Shown here: in pieces, positions 1 to 8,687 of the stretch
Layout of the letters: each line of letters opens with the position of its first letter
Numbering within the stretch: the first letter of the stretch is position 1
Assembly (NCBI GenBank): GCA_030628945.1
Contig: DAOVPY010000004.1
Location: 1-62,829, forward strand
Reading direction: 5' to 3'
Length of the DNA stretch: 62,829 nt
Source: Candidatus Nealsonbacteria bacterium
GTDB lineage: Bacteria > Patescibacteriota > Minisyncoccia > Minisyncoccales > DAOVPY01
Notes under the pieces: model-generated
What the model was told of the DNA's origin: nothing
The model's database searches: none
What the model saw: the letters and a program-made list of their open reading frames with translations, nothing else
Position numbers and translations under genes: made by a program

Positions 1-16
1 CGGACAAACAAGTGGA

Positions 17-84
17 GGTCGCGGATTGGCGAGCGAGGAGCAGGCAAAGCCTGCGACGAGGGTCGACCGAGCCAATCTGCGACC
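17..84 (+). repeat. GC-rich branched hairpin (REP-like)
   Basis: GGTCGCGGATTGGC (17-30) pairs with GCCAATCTGCGACC (71-84; one G-T). Inner hairpin GCAGGC-AAA-GCCTGC; purine-rich GAGCGAGGAG linker. Confidence 0.6.
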
Positions 85-330
85 GACAAAGATGGAACAC
101 AAATCAACAAAGTTATGAGAGAAACTAACCACGAAAGTGTATATAGTCGGGGGTAAGGTCTTTCAGTTTTTGAGGTCTTTTTTCTTGCTCTGATGAATTA
201 AATTTGGTAAGATTAAAGAGAAAGTTTGAACTTGTTTAATTCGAGCGCAAATGAAATTTGAAGGTATTACAGGTACCTGCAAATTTTATTTAGAGGGGAT
301 GCGGTGAGAACCTGACCTACCGATTTGCGA

Positions 331-347
331 CCCCGCTGAAAGCGGGG
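331..347 (+). repeat. Short palindromic hairpin CCCCGCTGAAAGCGGGG
   Basis: Exact reverse complement of 61037-61053 (intron P8); near-identical to 62416-62432 in 23S rRNA. Confidence 0.65.
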
Positions 348-395
348 GAGGCAAAGCCTTCGGGCAACTTTTCGAATCCTGTCCTTTTGGTCAAT

Positions 396-422
396 GAAAA
401 AATCGGTAATGCCGATTTTTTT
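396..422 (+). terminator. Putative intrinsic terminator
   Basis: GAAAAAATCGG-TAATG-CCGATTTTTTT stem-loop followed by a T tract. Confidence 0.6.
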
Positions 423-529
423 CTTTTCATAGCCGTTCCTTTTTTAATTCAACAAGCCAAAAAATTTTAGAAAACAAAACAAAATCAGGCGAACGACGAG
501 ATTTGTTTTGTTTTTTACCTGAAAAAAAC

Positions 530-558
530 TTGAAAATTTAAGATTTTTGTGCTATATT
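530..558 (+). promoter_or_regulatory. sigma70-type promoter, leaderless
   Basis: TTGAAA-17 nt-TATATT with extended TG; ATG at 566 is 7 nt downstream. Confidence 0.6.
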
Positions 559-565
559 ACACATA

Positions 566-1294
566 ATGACAAATCAAAAAGGATTTATTCAAATTTCATT
601 ATTGATACTAATTATCGGAGGTTTATTTCTTATTGCTCAACCAACCCAAGCAGGATTTTTGGATTGGTTTTCGTTGTCTAAAATAAAGTCATTTTTCTCC
701 GGGGAATCAGTTGAGGAAAAATTACCCGCTTCTGTCGCAGAACCAACAAGAGAAATTTCTGCCCCGCAAGAAACGCCTCAAGAAATTCCGGAAGAAATTC
801 AACCGGAAGTTATTTTGGAATTTCCATCAGAAGTCACCAAAGAAATAATCAAAGAAATTCCTGTTGAGAAAATCATCTATAAAAATAATCCAAAACAAGA
901 AGCAACTATCCAAAATTTAAGAAATCAGATTGCGAGTCTTCAAAATCAGATAAAAACACTTGAGAAACAAATTAAAAATTTACTATCTAAATCGCCGGAA
1001 ATAAAAGTAATCACAAAAGAAGTTCCAGTTGAAAAAATTGTCATTAAGGAAGTACCAGTAGAAAAGATTGTTTATGTTGATAGACAGGTCGTTCAAGAGT
1101 GTGAGGAGTGTCCTATCTGTCCAGAGGTTACGTCGGAGTTAGAGGTCTCAGATTATTTTTTGACGATTGAAAGAATAGGGCTTTCTTCCGATTTTTTATC
1201 TTCTATACATTTAGAGAATAAAAATAATTTATCAATGTTTAATGTTTACCGAAACAAAGCTTTGTGCTTGGGAATATGTGCCTACCACTTTTGA
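566..1294 (+). CDS. Membrane-anchored/secreted protein with pilin-like N-terminus, coiled coil and KEVPVEKI repeats
   Basis: N-terminal QKGF plus hydrophobic helix; heptad coiled coil IQNLRNQIASLQNQIKTLEKQIKNL; three KE(I/V)PVEKI repeats. Confidence 0.75.
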   Translation: MTNQKGFIQISLLILIIGGLFLIAQPTQAGFLDWFSLSKIKSFFSGESVEEKLPASVAEPTREISAPQETPQEIPEEIQPEVILEFPSEVTKEIIKEIPVEKIIYKNNPKQEATIQNLRNQIASLQNQIKTLEKQIKNLLSKSPEIKVITKEVPVEKIVIKEVPVEKIVYVDRQVVQECEECPICPEVTSELEVSDYFLTIERIGLSSDFLSSIHLENKNNLSMFNVYRNKALCLGICAYHF

Positions 1295-1610
1295 GTTAAA
1301 AAGATTTGTTATTGAATTAACCGGTACTGCAACTAATGATGATTTTCTTAATGCTTCTTGGCAGGATAAGTATTTTTATAAAGTAGGAGAAAAGACTTTG
1401 GCTTGGGAACATCCCTTTGAAATAGAACCGGCTAATTTTGACTGCGTTGATTTTGTTGTTGATATAACTGGAGTGAAAAATTCCCATATTTCTTTTCAAT
1501 TTCAAATTACTGAAGATAGTTTTGATATAGTTGAGATTGATGATGAAAAGCAGGTTGCGGTAGATGGTAATTTTCCGATATATTCTTGGCGTGTAGAAGC
1601 AGAAGAATAA
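1242..1610 (+). CDS. Hypothetical beta-rich protein; possibly the frameshifted C-terminal part of 566-1294
   Basis: Overlaps the upstream ORF by 53 nt in the +1 frame; frame open from 1215; no signal peptide of its own. Confidence 0.55.
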   Translation: MFTETKLCAWEYVPTTFELKRFVIELTGTATNDDFLNASWQDKYFYKVGEKTLAWEHPFEIEPANFDCVDFVVDITGVKNSHISFQFQITEDSFDIVEIDDEKQVAVDGNFPIYSWRVEAEE

Positions 1611-1742
1611 AATTAATTCCCAAAAATTTTTCGGCTCGCCGAATTAAAATAGAAACGGCTCTGAAAAGAAAAAATTGCGAACAGCAACTTTTGCCAAACC
1701 CGGAAAAAATTTATTCCTATTTCAATTGAAAATTTTTATCGT

Positions 1743-1774
1743 CTGCCCCTGCTTCGGCAAGGGTAGTTTTTTTT
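1743..1774 (+). terminator. Putative intrinsic terminator
   Basis: CTGCCCCTGC-TTCG-GCAAGGGTAG followed by a T tract. Confidence 0.65.
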
Positions 1775-1827
1775 GTTTTTAATAATAGATTAGAACTTTT
1801 AAGAAATATTTGATATAATAAAATTGT

Positions 1828-3141
1828 ATGAATAAAAAGATTTTGATATTTATTGTGGCAGGAATACTTATAGCAGGCCTTGGCGTGGGAAGTTATTTCT
1901 TTTTAGTTCCCCGTTGCCCTGAATCTTGCGATGACGGAAATCCCTGCACCCAAGATTTCTGTTCTCCTGAAACCAATTATCAATGTGAGCATTCTTTGAT
2001 AGTTGGAACTACCGAGGGTTGTCAGGGCTTAGTAGAAACCTGTAAACAATATCAGTGCGTAGAAAGTGAATGTCAGATTGTCGCTTTGGCAGATTGCTGC
2101 GGCAATGGAAAATGTGAGGCAGGAGAAGATTTTGAAACCTGCTCTCAAGATTGCGAAAGGTGCGACGATGGAAATCCTTGCACTCAAGACATTTATTCTT
2201 ATAAAACTGGTAAATGTTCTTATATTAAGATAGATGGAAAACAGCCCGGCTGTTCAGCCAAAATTACTTGCGGCAGTCAAACCTGCAAAGCAGGAGTATG
2301 TCAGATAGAATATATATCAAATTGTTGCGGGAATAAGATTTGCGAAGCTGGAGAAACTTATGAGACCTGTTCCGCAGATTGTCCGAGTTGTGATGATAAA
2401 AACGAGTGCACAATAGATGAATACGATTATCATAAACATAAATGTGTCAATACGCCAATCCTTGATGTTATTTGTTGCGGTAACGGGGTCTGCGAAACAG
2501 GGGAGGATTACGAAAACTGCGCCAAAGATTGCCCGAATTGCGATGATAACAATAAATGCACAAAAGATAGCTATGATTACCATAAACAAAAGTGCATCAA
2601 TGAGATTATCATCCCTTGTTGCGGCAATGGAATATGCGATGAAGATACTGAGGAATACTCAAATTGTCCGACAGATTGTCCAAACTGTGACGATAATAAC
2701 GAGCTTACCGAAGATAGTTTTAACTACACAACCCAGAAGTGCGAGCATATTACCCCTCCATCAATTACTGTTACTTCACCCAGCGGAGGAGAAAAGTGGA
2801 TAATCGGAAATACATATGAAATTAGTTGGAGTTGTAAAAACATTTCTGAAAACAGACTTTCTTTTAGATATTTTGTTAATATACATCTTCTTCAGAACGA
2901 TTCCTTTTACGGAAAATTCAGGACAATTGCTATCGGGGGAATGTCGGGTTATGCCTATCATGCCATTAGTGAAGGATGTGTTTTCAACGGGACAAATAGT
3001 TATTCCTGGCTGGCCGGAGATATAATAGGAGGCGCGGGTCCGGGTGATAACTTTCAGGTTAAAATAGAATTAGAAACTCTTGAAGGAGCATTGATTGTAA
3101 GCGATATTAGCGAAGGTTATTTTACCTTTATAGAGCCCTGA
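1828..3141 (+). CDS. Cysteine-rich repeat surface protein with C-terminal Ig-like domain
   Basis: N-terminal TM anchor; repeated CDDGNPCTQD / CCGNGxCExGExxxxCxxDC motifs; ITVTSPSGGEKW...YEISW Ig-like start. Confidence 0.85.
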   Translation: MNKKILIFIVAGILIAGLGVGSYFFLVPRCPESCDDGNPCTQDFCSPETNYQCEHSLIVGTTEGCQGLVETCKQYQCVESECQIVALADCCGNGKCEAGEDFETCSQDCERCDDGNPCTQDIYSYKTGKCSYIKIDGKQPGCSAKITCGSQTCKAGVCQIEYISNCCGNKICEAGETYETCSADCPSCDDKNECTIDEYDYHKHKCVNTPILDVICCGNGVCETGEDYENCAKDCPNCDDNNKCTKDSYDYHKQKCINEIIIPCCGNGICDEDTEEYSNCPTDCPNCDDNNELTEDSFNYTTQKCEHITPPSITVTSPSGGEKWIIGNTYEISWSCKNISENRLSFRYFVNIHLLQNDSFYGKFRTIAIGGMSGYAYHAISEGCVFNGTNSYSWLAGDIIGGAGPGDNFQVKIELETLEGALIVSDISEGYFTFIEP

Positions 3142-3143
3142 AA

Positions 3144-4334
3144 ATGAAACAAAAAATCGTTGAAAAAATAAAAAAACAACTTTTGGGAGAAATTGAGGGG
3201 CTGAAAGATAAAAAAGGGTTTATACAGGCCGGGGCGCCCAGGTTTCTCGGGCTTTACGGCCGGGATTCTTTGATTACGGCCTGGCAAATGCTGGATTTTG
3301 ACCCAAAAATTGCCAGGAATACTCTTTTAATTTTGGCGAAATTGCAGGGGAAAAAAATAAATCCGAAAACCGGCGAAAAACCGGGAAAAATTCTACATGA
3401 ATATTATTCAAAAAACATTACAGACGGCTGGTGGAAAAAATATAAAAAATACGACCCATGGCTTAAGAGAGGGGAGCCGTTTTATATGTCGGTTGACAGC
3501 ACTCCTCTTTTTTTGATAGTTCTGGCGAAATATTATCGCCAAACAAAAGACAAGGAACTTATTTTAAAACTTTTACCAAATGCCAAAAAAGCCATAGATT
3601 GGCTTATAAATTATGGGGGATTAAAAGATGGATTTCTTAGGCACAGTAAAAGAAAAACGGGAAAAGGTTTAGCCAGCCAAAGCTGGAAAGACGGCGCAGG
3701 AAATCCAATGGAAAAAATGGACGGGCCCATTGCCGTTGCTGAGGTTCAGGGATACGCGTATCTGGCGTTAAAAGAAACCGCAAATCTTGCTAAAATTTTA
3801 AACGAAGAAAAATTGGCTGGCGAACTTTTAGAAAGAGCTAAAATTTTTAAAAAAGATTTTAATGAAAAATTTTGGATGGAAGACAAGCAATACTTTGCTT
3901 TGGCCTTAGATAAAAAAAATAAGCAAAAAAAATCAATTACTTCAAATCCCGGGCATCTTTTATTCACCGGAATTTTAGATAAAAAGAGAACTAAAATAGT
4001 GACGAAAAGATTGTTTGAAAAAGATATGTGGACGCCTTTTGGGGTTAGAACTCATTCAACTATAGAGTCAGATTTTAATCCCTTAAGCTATCAAAATGGC
4101 GCTGTTTGGCCCCACGACAATTGGATTATCGCCCAGGGTCTGAAAAAATTAGGATATAAGAAAGAATACAATAAAATAAAAAACGCGCTCTTGCGAGCGC
4201 ATCAAGAAATTGGATTTATTCCGGAATTTTACGGCGTAGTGGACAATAAAATTATCTTAAAAAAAATGGACAGGATAATCTGCCATCCCCAGGCCTGGGC
4301 TTCGGCCGCTTTACTTAATTTTCTTTTGCGATAG
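3144..4334 (+). CDS. Amylo-alpha-1,6-glucosidase-like glycoside hydrolase ((alpha/alpha)6 barrel, catalytic domain only)
   Basis: Motifs AGAPRF..YGRDSLI, GKILHE, SVDSTPLF, SWKD, EVQGY, NPGHLL, YQNGAVWPHDN, PEFY, PQAW. Confidence 0.85.
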   Translation: MKQKIVEKIKKQLLGEIEGLKDKKGFIQAGAPRFLGLYGRDSLITAWQMLDFDPKIARNTLLILAKLQGKKINPKTGEKPGKILHEYYSKNITDGWWKKYKKYDPWLKRGEPFYMSVDSTPLFLIVLAKYYRQTKDKELILKLLPNAKKAIDWLINYGGLKDGFLRHSKRKTGKGLASQSWKDGAGNPMEKMDGPIAVAEVQGYAYLALKETANLAKILNEEKLAGELLERAKIFKKDFNEKFWMEDKQYFALALDKKNKQKKSITSNPGHLLFTGILDKKRTKIVTKRLFEKDMWTPFGVRTHSTIESDFNPLSYQNGAVWPHDNWIIAQGLKKLGYKKEYNKIKNALLRAHQEIGFIPEFYGVVDNKIILKKMDRIICHPQAWASAALLNFLLR

Positions 4335-5465
4335 AACCTTGTAAAAAACTTCTTCATAGCCGTCAACCATTTTCTCAATTGTAAAATTTTTTTCAACGTG
4401 CTTTCGGCATTCTCTTCGATCAATCAGGTCGATTTTTTTTATGGCTTTTACCATTTGAGAAATATTCTTCACAATAAAGCCGGTTTTCTTGTCTTTAATT
4501 ATTTCCCTTACCGGACCCCTGTCAAAAGCAACCGCGGGAGTGCCGCAAGCCATTGCCTCAATCATCATTAAACCAAAGGGCTCTTCCCATTTGAGCGGAA
4601 AAACAAACGCTTTGGCATTTTTATACACCGAGGAAACTTCAGTATAAGGCAAAAATCCTTTATATTTTATATTTCCTCCCAGATAGGGCTTGATTTTTTT
4701 ATGCCAATAAGCGTCTTCTGTGTGCCTGCCTACAATAACCAATTTTTCTTTTGCTTTTTTTGCGACCTGGATTGCTTCATAAATTCCTTTTTCCGGAGCA
4801 ATTCTCCCGGCCGTAAAAAGATAATCTTTTGGTTTGGGCTCAAAAGGAAAAATTTTAAGGTTAATACCGTTGTGCACTATTGTCGTAAATAACTTTGGCG
4901 CTGATTTAATCTGGGACTTGCTGATACCCACAAAATGAATTTGAGGATACCGTTTTTTATATTCGCTAAAGAAAAATCTATTAAAAGAACCCAGGGGATT
5001 ATGCAAGGTGAAAACAGTCGGGGTTTGGCAAAGCGCGGCAAACGGCAAAGGCCGCAATCCTATCAAGCTTACATAAATGATGTCAAATTTTTTTGCCAGG
5101 GCGGTTTGATATAATTTAGAGATGAGCAAATACTCATAATTTTCAACAATGCCTTTTCTTTCCACTAATTTTCTATAAAATTGACGGCTTTCAATCTCTG
5201 TAACCTGTTTGTAAAATTTCTTTGTTTCTTTACTCGCCCTCAACGAAGTCAAGTTGTTGGAAATGAGTTTTGCCTTTGTTTTTGAATCAGAGGAAGCAAA
5301 TAAGGTAACATTATGGCCCCTTTTCACTAATTCCTCGGTGATGTAATGAGTAAGCCATAAAGGCGCGTAAATGTCCTTCATTTTAGGAGAAGGAGGAACC
5401 GCGAATTCATTAGCGCAAAAAACAGCTATCTTTAATTTTCGTTTGTTTGTTTTATTTGTTTTCAT
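4311..5465 (-). CDS. Glycosyltransferase family 4 (GT-B)
   Basis: GHNVTLFAS, GRIAPEKG, WEEPFGLMMIEAMACGTP. Confidence 0.92.
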   Translation of the reverse strand: MKTNKTNKRKLKIAVFCANEFAVPPSPKMKDIYAPLWLTHYITEELVKRGHNVTLFASSDSKTKAKLISNNLTSLRASKETKKFYKQVTEIESRQFYRKLVERKGIVENYEYLLISKLYQTALAKKFDIIYVSLIGLRPLPFAALCQTPTVFTLHNPLGSFNRFFFSEYKKRYPQIHFVGISKSQIKSAPKLFTTIVHNGINLKIFPFEPKPKDYLFTAGRIAPEKGIYEAIQVAKKAKEKLVIVGRHTEDAYWHKKIKPYLGGNIKYKGFLPYTEVSSVYKNAKAFVFPLKWEEPFGLMMIEAMACGTPAVAFDRGPVREIIKDKKTGFIVKNISQMVKAIKKIDLIDRRECRKHVEKNFTIEKMVDGYEEVFYKVLSQKKIK

Positions 5466-6550
5466 CTTTTTGTTTTTATTTTATTTTTTGAAATTATATC
5501 GCGATAGACCTTTTCGTAGTTATCTACCATTTTTTCCGTTGTAAAATTATCCTCCACCCATTTCCTACATTCTCGCCGGTCAATTTGGTCAATTTTTTTA
5601 ATTGCTTTTACCATTCCTCCAACATCTTTCACGATAAATCCGGATTTGCCGTCTTTCACCGTTTCCCTCGCAGATCCTCTGTCAAAAATAATGGTTGGCG
5701 CGCCGCAGGCGTTTGCTTCAATGGTCACCAGGCCGAATGGTTCTTCCCATTTAATCGGATTAAGCAGGGCCTTAGCATTAGTTAAAAGTTTCACTTTTTG
5801 AGAATGATTGACTTCTCCTATATAGCGAATTTTGGAGCCGAGATTCGGCTTAATGTGCTTATTGAAATATTCCAGGGCAACATGGCTGTTTACGTCTACT
5901 CTGCCGGCTAAAACCAATTCTTCGCCGGCTTTCTTCGCGGCTATGATGGCTTCTTTAGCTCCTTTGTTCGGAGCCGACCTTCCCAGCCAGGCAAGATATT
6001 TCCCTTTTTTTTCTCTGAACGTAAAAGAATCAATGTCTATGCCGTTGTAAACAGTGGCGACGAAATTCAATTTTAGTTTTTTCGCCAAATGTCGGTGAGA
6101 ATTGCTTATGGCGATATAATTGTTTTTTCTATATTTAGTAAAAACCGCCCACCTGTCTTTATCCTTTGGAGAGGGAAAATCGTCGTGAACCGTGATAACA
6201 ACCGGCGTTTTGACTAAACGGATGAAAAAATTAGAAAGGCAGGTATTGTTTTCGTGAACGTGAATAATGTCAAACTCTTTTGCCATTTCAAATGCCTGAG
6301 ACATATTCAATAGAGGAAAAACGCAGTTTCCCCATCTTACCGGATGGCCGCGCAGTTTCTCCCTGATAACGCATTTCTTCCATCCCGGAATTAATTTCGC
6401 CGATGTCTTTGAATCTGCCGAGGCGAATAGGGTTACTTTATGGCCACGGCGAACCAGTCCTTCCGTAAGGTGATAAGCGATTCTTTCAGTTCCTCCGTAT
6501 TTTTTGGGAGGAAGGGCTGTCCATATTGGAGCAACTTGCGCTATTTTCAT
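5462..6550 (-). CDS. Glycosyltransferase family 4 (GT-B)
   Basis: PPKKYGGTE, GHKVTLFAS, WEEPFGLVTIEANACGAP. Confidence 0.92.
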   Translation of the reverse strand: MKIAQVAPIWTALPPKKYGGTERIAYHLTEGLVRRGHKVTLFASADSKTSAKLIPGWKKCVIREKLRGHPVRWGNCVFPLLNMSQAFEMAKEFDIIHVHENNTCLSNFFIRLVKTPVVITVHDDFPSPKDKDRWAVFTKYRKNNYIAISNSHRHLAKKLKLNFVATVYNGIDIDSFTFREKKGKYLAWLGRSAPNKGAKEAIIAAKKAGEELVLAGRVDVNSHVALEYFNKHIKPNLGSKIRYIGEVNHSQKVKLLTNAKALLNPIKWEEPFGLVTIEANACGAPTIIFDRGSARETVKDGKSGFIVKDVGGMVKAIKKIDQIDRRECRKWVEDNFTTEKMVDNYEKVYRDIISKNKIKTKR

Positions 6551-6554
6551 AATT

Positions 6555-7613
6555 TTATTGATAAGGATAAACCTTTAAATTTATATTTTTTTTATTTTGA
6601 TAACATTGTTCGGCTTTTTGAAGAAGAAATTTTATTGTGGAATTTTTTTCCGGCTGTTGGGAAGGGGGAAGGGTAAATTCCGTATTAAAAATTGCTCTTT
6701 GGATGGCAAATTTTGCCTGATAGAGATTGATTCTTTCCGCAAATTCATTAAAAGATTTTGTGTCAAAACAATTCTTTAAAAACTCATTTTTAAGAGATAT
6801 AATCTCTTTTTCTTTTAAAACTGGAGCGCTGTGGTAATCAAATTGAACAAGGAAATTGCCTACATCGCAGAGAGGATCTCCGATACCCGACCAGTCAAAA
6901 TCAACCGCGCTAATGTTTTTGGTTCTTTCGTCGTAAATAATGTTTGTTATCTGGAAATCCCCGTGGACTAAACTAAGATGTCTCCCTTTTGCCAAATAGG
7001 ATTTAGTATGCTCTTGGATAGAATCTAAAAACTTTTTTGTTTTTTGATAAGTGACCGGAAATAAAGATTTTTTTGCCACTTCAAGATAATGTTTAAATTC
7101 TTTTTCTTCAATCGCGGCAATAGAATTAAATATTTTTTGATTCTCTATTTTTAAATTGCGAAGCTTCGCCAGCCACAGACCCGATTTACGCGCCCCGTTT
7201 TTTAATTCCGGGATTTTCTTCTTTTTAACGTATTCAAAGAGGGCTTTTCCCTTTGCCTCTTCCCTTAAAAAAAAATTAAGTCCATGAAATAAAATAATGG
7301 GTTTGGGCACAAGAAGGGGAACAGAGGAAAAGTTATGGCTATAAAGGTAATTCAGGAACAGCCATCGGCTCAAAAACTTTTTGTTTTTTTTGGAAGTGGC
7401 ATAGCCGTAAAACTTAACTTCTTTTTTGCTTTTCAACCTCCCTCTGTATTCAATGAGTTTAAATTCTACTCCCTTAAATTGATAATCGGTGAGTTTTTTA
7501 ATTGCGAAGATGCCTGCCAGTTCATTATAGGGAAAGGGTATTTTTCCCTTATGCTCTTGGAGCCGCTTAAGGATGTATTCCGGCTTTTCTATTAAATCTA
7601 TGTTATTTCCCAT
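6555..7613 (-). CDS. Aminoglycoside phosphotransferase/choline kinase-like small-molecule kinase
   Basis: Brenner motif LVHGDFQITNII, metal-binding VDFD, GDPLCDVGNF. Confidence 0.85.
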   Translation of the reverse strand: MGNNIDLIEKPEYILKRLQEHKGKIPFPYNELAGIFAIKKLTDYQFKGVEFKLIEYRGRLKSKKEVKFYGYATSKKNKKFLSRWLFLNYLYSHNFSSVPLLVPKPIILFHGLNFFLREEAKGKALFEYVKKKKIPELKNGARKSGLWLAKLRNLKIENQKIFNSIAAIEEKEFKHYLEVAKKSLFPVTYQKTKKFLDSIQEHTKSYLAKGRHLSLVHGDFQITNIIYDERTKNISAVDFDWSGIGDPLCDVGNFLVQFDYHSAPVLKEKEIISLKNEFLKNCFDTKSFNEFAERINLYQAKFAIQRAIFNTEFTLPPSQQPEKNSTIKFLLQKAEQCYQNKKNINLKVYPYQ

Positions 7614-8640
7614 TATTTTTGTGATTTTTCAAAAGCGTATTGTAAAGCGCTTCGTATTTGTTGACCATTTTCCTTAAACTAAATCTTCTGGTTACCTGAC
7701 GCCGGCAGTCAATTCGTTTAATTTTGTTTAGTTTTTTCAGGGCTTCAACCATTTCTTCCTTGGTCTTAACCAAAAAACCGTTTTTGCCGTGTTTAATCAA
7801 TTCCGGCATTGAGCCCTCGGTGTAAGCAATAACCGGAGCGCCGCAAGCCATTGCTTCTATCACTACCAAACCAAAAGGTTCGGGTCTTCTTATTGGATAC
7901 AATAAGGCCTTGGCGTTCGCAAAGAGCTCTATTTTCTTTTCAAAATTTGAAGCTCCTAGAAATTGAATTTGCTTATTGTCAATTTTGGGCTGGATGCGAT
8001 ATTCAAAATAATCCTGGCATTCCTTGGGAATAACTCCGGAAATAATTAATTTTTCTTTGGCAAGCTGGGCGACGTCAATTGCCTCGGCAAGTCCTTTCCC
8101 GGGCGTAATTTTGGAAAGCCAAAGAAGGTAATCCTTTGGACGCGGGTTAAACGGATATTTTTCAACGGGCAAGCCATGATAAATTGTCTTAACGAAATTT
8201 ACTCCCGGCGCGGATTTCTTCTGATGTTTTGAAATTGCGACATAGTTAATTTCTGGAAATTTCTTGAATAAAATTATCATTTCTTCATAAACAGGATGGT
8301 GGATAGTGGAAACAACAGGGACATTCATGGATTTGAAAAGGGGAACGGTATAAAACTCGCAATGGTCGTGGATAATATCAAATTCCTTGTGAATTGACAA
8401 TAATTTTTCATAGAGCAAAGAAAAAACCGCGTGAGGAGTATTTAACTTTGCCCGCCATAAACTTTTAGGCCAGACCGGAATAAGATTGGCTAAAGTTTTT
8501 GAATCGCCGGTGGCCAAAAGAGTAACATCATGCCCTCTTCTAACCAGCTCGTCGGTGAGCCAGGAAATGGATAATTCTATTCCGCCGTAGGTATAAGGAG
8601 GGACCGGTATCCATGGCGGCGCTATTTGAAGAATACGCAT
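7603..8640 (-). CDS. Glycosyltransferase family 4 (GT-B)
   Basis: PPYTYGGIE, GHDVTLLATGDS, PEPFGLVVIEAMACGAP. Confidence 0.92.
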   Translation of the reverse strand: MRILQIAPPWIPVPPYTYGGIELSISWLTDELVRRGHDVTLLATGDSKTLANLIPVWPKSLWRAKLNTPHAVFSLLYEKLLSIHKEFDIIHDHCEFYTVPLFKSMNVPVVSTIHHPVYEEMIILFKKFPEINYVAISKHQKKSAPGVNFVKTIYHGLPVEKYPFNPRPKDYLLWLSKITPGKGLAEAIDVAQLAKEKLIISGVIPKECQDYFEYRIQPKIDNKQIQFLGASNFEKKIELFANAKALLYPIRRPEPFGLVVIEAMACGAPVIAYTEGSMPELIKHGKNGFLVKTKEEMVEALKKLNKIKRIDCRRQVTRRFSLRKMVNKYEALYNTLLKNHKNNGK

Positions 8641-8687
8641 AAATGAGTTAAAATTATAATAGTTTTATTATAACAAACTCCCTTCAT

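Noticed and set aside
293-340. Cobalamin-riboswitch-like AGGGGA..GGTGAGAA
   Set aside because: Lacks the GCCACTG B12 box and downstream conserved elements.
320-385. Resemblance to a c-di-GMP-I riboswitch (GAAA hairpin followed by GCAAAGCC)
   Set aside because: No GCAAAC entry, tetraloop receptor or P1 closure; the GAAA hairpin is a dispersed repeat and GCC-TTCG-GGC is a simple tetraloop.
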